Assembly: GCA_035499915.1 (NCBI GenBank)
Contig: DATJXU010000004.1
Span: forward strand, 1,398-65,397
Direction of reading: 5' to 3'
From: Acidocella sp.
GTDB lineage: Bacteria > Pseudomonadota > Alphaproteobacteria > Acetobacterales > Acetobacteraceae
Length of the DNA: 64,000 bases
The notes beneath the pieces were generated by a model, which was not told where the DNA came from, searched no databases, and saw only the letters and a program-made list of their open reading frames with translations. Positions 60,371 to 64,000 of this stretch are shown one piece after another (the first letter of the stretch is position 1; each line of letters opens with the position of its first letter). The position numbers were made by a program, and so were the translations under genes.

Positions 60371-61353
60371 AAACGCTGGAACGCCCGATCGCCACCTCCA
60401 CGCGCCCGCGCAGCACGCGGGCGCGCAAGCCCGCGCCGCCGCAGGATCGGCTGACGCAACGCACGCTGTTTTTCCGCCGTGTGAAGCGCAGCCTGAAGCC
60501 GGGGCTGTGGATTCTGGGCGCGGGGGCCGTGCTGGTGGTGGGGGCGGAGCTGGTGCGCAGCTTGCCGAGCGCCCCGCACGAGGCCCAGCCCCAGCCCCAG
60601 CACGCCACGGTCAGGGTTGCCCCCGCGGCACCGGCCCGCGTGGTGCAGCCCGGTCTCCTGGCTGATGCGCTGGCGGGGATCGGTTTTCGCATCACCAATG
60701 TCGTGACCAATGGGGCGATGACCACCGATCCGGGGGCGCTTGGCCAGGCCATTGGCGTGAAGGATGGAGACCCGACCTTCGGGTTTGCCCTGAGCAGCAT
60801 CCAGCAGCGGGTGCAAGCGCTGGGGCCGGTGCAGGCCGCGACGGTGGAGCGTATCCTGCCCGGTACGCTGGTGATCAATATTACCGAGCGCGACGTCTAT
60901 GCCGTCTGGCAGACGGTCCAGAACGGCCAGGTCGTGTTTCAGCTCATCGACAAAAAGGGTGATGTCATCGCCGACCAGGATGCAGCTTCGGCCAAGCGGC
61001 GCCAGCCCTCCTTGCTGCTGCTCTCGGGTAGCGATGCACCGCAGCAGGCCAGCACGCTGATCCCTGAATTGGAGGCTGAGCCCAGTGTGCTTTCGCATGT
61101 CGCGGCGGCGGAGCGTGTGGATGGGCTGCGTTGGAACCTGATCCTGAAGAACCAGACGGTGGTGAAACTGCCTGCCGAGAACGAGGCTGACGCAATCGCC
61201 CAGCTCGCTTTGCTGCAGGGTTCCATGCAACTGCTCGACAGGCCGGTGGAGGCGATCGATCTGCGACAAGCCGGACGGATGGTGGTGCGGCCTTATGTCA
61301 CGGCGCCGCCGAATCCGAAAAGCAAACCCGATAAGCGGCAGGAGGGACAATGA
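60358..61353 (+). CDS. ftsQ: Cell division protein FtsQ
   Basis: TM segment, POTRA-like region (VER.LP..L.I...ER), RW and IDLR. Lies between ddl and ftsA. Confidence 0.88.
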   Translation: MPRVETLERPIATSTRPRSTRARKPAPPQDRLTQRTLFFRRVKRSLKPGLWILGAGAVLVVGAELVRSLPSAPHEAQPQPQHATVRVAPAAPARVVQPGLLADALAGIGFRITNVVTNGAMTTDPGALGQAIGVKDGDPTFGFALSSIQQRVQALGPVQAATVERILPGTLVINITERDVYAVWQTVQNGQVVFQLIDKKGDVIADQDAASAKRRQPSLLLLSGSDAPQQASTLIPELEAEPSVLSHVAAAERVDGLRWNLILKNQTVVKLPAENEADAIAQLALLQGSMQLLDRPVEAIDLRQAGRMVVRPYVTAPPNPKSKPDKRQEGQ

Positions 61354-62660
61354 ACAGCGTGACGCGCCGCCCACCAGTGCCCGATGGCGCGGTAAAGCCG
61401 CCGCCGGAAGAAACGCTGCGAAACCGCAATGCCAAGTCCGGCCCGTTCGGCGTTCTGGATATCGGCTCCACCAAGATCGCCTGCCTCATCGGCCGCGCGG
61501 AATCCGATGGCCGGCTGCGGGCTCTGGGGTTTGGCTGGCAGAAGAGCCGGGGTATCAAATCCGGTGGCATTGTCGATCTCGACGAGGCGGAGCGCGCGAT
61601 TCGCGCCGCTGTCGGCCAGGCGGAGGATATGGCGGATCTGCGGCTCAAATCCGTCTATGTGAACCTCTCTTGCGGCCAGCCCGAATCGCGGCTGTTCAAC
61701 GTGCAATGGCCCGTCGATGGCCGCGCCGTGAACACGGACGACATCCGCCGCGTGGTGCGTGAGGCGCGCGCGCGCGCCTCCACCGAAGGGCGCGTCACGA
61801 TCCATGCGCTGCCGCTCAACTTTTCCGCTGATGAAACACCAGGCGTGACCGACCCGCGCGGGCTGTTCTGCGATACGCTGACGGCGCAGTTGCATGTGGT
61901 GGATGCCAGCAGCACAGCGCTGCGCACGCTCGCCGCCTGCCTGTCGCGCTGTGAGCTGGATATCGCCGCCCTGGTCTCTGCCCCTTATGCCGCGGGGCTG
62001 GCCGCCTTGGTGCGCGATGAGCGTGAGCTGGGCGCCACGGTGATCGACATGGGCGGCGGCACCACCACCATGGCGGTGTTTTTCGAAGGCCAGATGCTGC
62101 ATACCGCGCAGCTTCCTGTTGGCGGCAACCACGTCACCGCCGACATTGCGATGGGCCTGTCGACACCTCTCGCGCATGCGGAACGGTTGAAGGCTCTGTA
62201 TGGCAATTGCCATTCCTCGCCCGATGATGCGCGCGAGCTTCTGCCTGTGCCCTCAGTGGGCGAGGCGGAGCACCAGATCGCGCAGGTGCCGCGCTCGCAT
62301 CTCATCTCCTGCATCAAGCCGCGACTCGAGGAAATTTTCGAGTTGGTCAAGGACCGTCTGGAAACGGCGGGTTTGGGGCGTGCGGGCCATGGCCGCGTGG
62401 TGCTCACGGGCGGCGCCTCGCAGCTTGGCGGGGTACGCGATCTGGCCTCGCAAATTCTCGAACGTCCCGTACGCCAGGGGCATCCGGTGAGTATCATCGG
62501 CCTGCCCGATGCGGCGGGGGCGCCGAATTTCGCCACGCTTGTTGGCCTGCTTGCATTCGCCACCGGTGACGGCCAGACGATGCAGGATATCAACTTCGAA
62601 ACGGCGCGCAGCCATGGCTGGTTCAGCCGCTTTGTCGATTTTCTGAAAAATCGTGTTTGA
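61350..62660 (+). CDS. ftsA: Cell division protein FtsA
   Basis: LDIGSTK, IDMGGGTT, GG.HVT.DI, VLTGG and a C-terminal amphipathic helix. Confidence 0.97.
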   Translation: MNSVTRRPPVPDGAVKPPPEETLRNRNAKSGPFGVLDIGSTKIACLIGRAESDGRLRALGFGWQKSRGIKSGGIVDLDEAERAIRAAVGQAEDMADLRLKSVYVNLSCGQPESRLFNVQWPVDGRAVNTDDIRRVVREARARASTEGRVTIHALPLNFSADETPGVTDPRGLFCDTLTAQLHVVDASSTALRTLAACLSRCELDIAALVSAPYAAGLAALVRDERELGATVIDMGGGTTTMAVFFEGQMLHTAQLPVGGNHVTADIAMGLSTPLAHAERLKALYGNCHSSPDDARELLPVPSVGEAEHQIAQVPRSHLISCIKPRLEEIFELVKDRLETAGLGRAGHGRVVLTGGASQLGGVRDLASQILERPVRQGHPVSIIGLPDAAGAPNFATLVGLLAFATGDGQTMQDINFETARSHGWFSRFVDFLKNRV

Positions 62661-62710
62661 CATGAAAACGGCGTGTTCTTTACCGATGCTGTTCGAGGAG
62701 AGAAAAGCTC

Positions 62711-64000
62711 ATGGTTTTGCATTTATCGGTTGATAAACCCACCCATACGGATTTCACGCCCCGCATCACCGTGTTCGGCGTCGGCGGTGGCGGATGCAAT
62801 GCCGTGAACAACATGATCCAGATGAACCTCCCTGGCGTGGAGTTCGTGGTTGCCAATACGGACGCGCAGCAGCTGCAGCGTTCGCTTGCCGAGAAGCGCA
62901 TTCAGCTCGGCCCGCACCTGACCCAGGGCAATGGTGCAGGTGGCCGTCCGGACGTCGGTAAACTCTCCGCCGATGAAGCCGCTGACGATCTGGCGCGCCA
63001 TCTTGAGAACACGCATATGGTTTTCATCACCGCCGGCATGGGTGGCGGCACCGGCACCGGCGCCGCGCCGGTGATCGCGCGCATGGCCCGTGAGCGCGAC
63101 ATTCTCACCGTCGGCGTCGTCACCAAGCCTTTTGCCTTCGAAGGCAAGCGCCGCATGCGCGCCGCTGAGGACGGCATCATCGAGATGCAGGCCTATGTCG
63201 ACACGCTGATCGTGATTCCGAACCAGAATCTCTTCAAGGTCGCCAATGAGCGCACCGGCTGGAAAGAAGCGTTCGAGATGGCCGACAACGTGCTCTATAT
63301 GGGCGTGCGCGGCGTGACCGACCTGATGGTGATGCCCGGCATCGTGAATCTTGACTTTGCCGATGTGCGCTCCGTGATGCGCGAGATGGGCAAGGCCATG
63401 ATGGGCACCGGCGAGGCTGAGGGCGAGGATCGCGCGATCCGCGCCGCCGAGGCCGCGATCAGCAATCCGCTGCTCGAAGATACGAACATGAAGGGCGCTC
63501 GTGGCCTGCTGATCAACATCACCGGCGGGTCGGACGTGACGCTGTTCGAGATCGACCAGGCCGCCAACCGCGTGAGCGAGGAGGTCGATTCCGACGCCAA
63601 CATCATGTTCGGCATGTCGCTGGACGAGACGATGTCGGGCCGCATCCGCGTGTCGGTGGTGGCCACGGGCATCGATTCCATGCCGGCTTCCATGCCGAAC
63701 CTGAAAGTGGTGAATGGCGGCGCGGAGAATAATAGCTTCGTGCAGGCAGTGGCGACGCAGAACACCCAGCAGCAAGCCGCCGCTGGTTCAGCCCGCCCGG
63801 CCGGGTATGTGCCCGAGCCCCCGGCCGCGCCGTTCGTTTCCAAGGCGTTCGCCGAGCGCGGCCACGAGGCTGCTTCGGCCACGGCGGAAGCGCAGTTTGC
63901 CATGGAGGCCCCCGCCGCGCCGCGCCCGGCCGCCCCGGTGCGCCCTGCGGCCATGGCCCCGGCTCCCATGCCGGTGCGCGCGCCCGAGCCGCCCAAGACC
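62711..64000 (+). CDS. ftsZ: Cell division protein FtsZ, 3'-truncated by the window edge
   Basis: Read manually from ATG 62711: [32 protein letters not shown] and NLDFADV. Absent from the ORF track because there is no stop in the window. Confidence 0.97.
   Translation, partial: MVLHLSVDKPTHTDFTPRITVFGVGGGGCNAVNNMIQMNLPGVEFVVANTDAQQLQRSLAEKRIQLGPHLTQGNGAGGRPDVGKLSADEAADDLARHLENTHMVFITAGMGGGTGTGAAPVIARMARERDILTVGVVTKPFAFEGKRRMRAAEDGIIEMQAYVDTLIVIPNQNLFKVANERTGWKEAFEMADNVLYMGVRGVTDLMVMPGIVNLDFADVRSVMREMGKAMMGTGEAEGEDRAIRAAEAAISNPLLEDTNMKGARGLLINITGGSDVTLFEIDQAANRVSEEVDSDANIMFGMSLDETMSGRIRVSVVATGIDSMPASMPNLKVVNGGAENNSFVQAVATQNTQQQAAAGSARPAGYVPEPPAAPFVSKAFAERGHEAASATAEAQFAMEAPAAPRPAAPVRPAAMAPAPMPVRAPEPPKT

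Overview
High-GC alphaproteobacterial chromosome segment. Gene content and repeat style suggest Acetobacteraceae (inference). It is almost entirely housekeeping. From the left: trmB (partial), galE, a heparinase II/III-like gene, rpe, rsmB, a panE-like reductase, YegD-type Hsp70, queEDC, tRNA-Ala(CGC), yggT, an hpnN-like MMPL transporter, pheST and pal-cpoB-tilS-ftsH. Next come panB-cinA-pgpA-slt, dapA-smpB, udg-NYN, folK-rpoZ-rsh-acpS, an omega-aminotransferase/aldehyde dehydrogenase pair, cmk-aroA, an AsmA-family gene, djlA and RNase P RNA. The dcw cluster runs from mraZ to ftsZ (partial). I see no prophage, integrase, transposase, CRISPR array or defence island, and I cannot support a large novel system. 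The observations most worth checking are five. (1) Two families of short palindromic elements: one copy supplies the trmB stop codon, another encodes the Cmk C-terminus, and several sit where conserved gene order breaks. (2) An rsmH frameshift that looks like a ~20-nt deletion between direct repeats. (3) A 70-aa orphan membrane peptide with its own promoter and RBS and a duplicated TWHM motif. (4) A QueD with Ser at the catalytic Cys position. (5) A compositionally atypical GT87 gene inserted between rsmB and rpe. Family assignments come from recalled motifs, not database searches.
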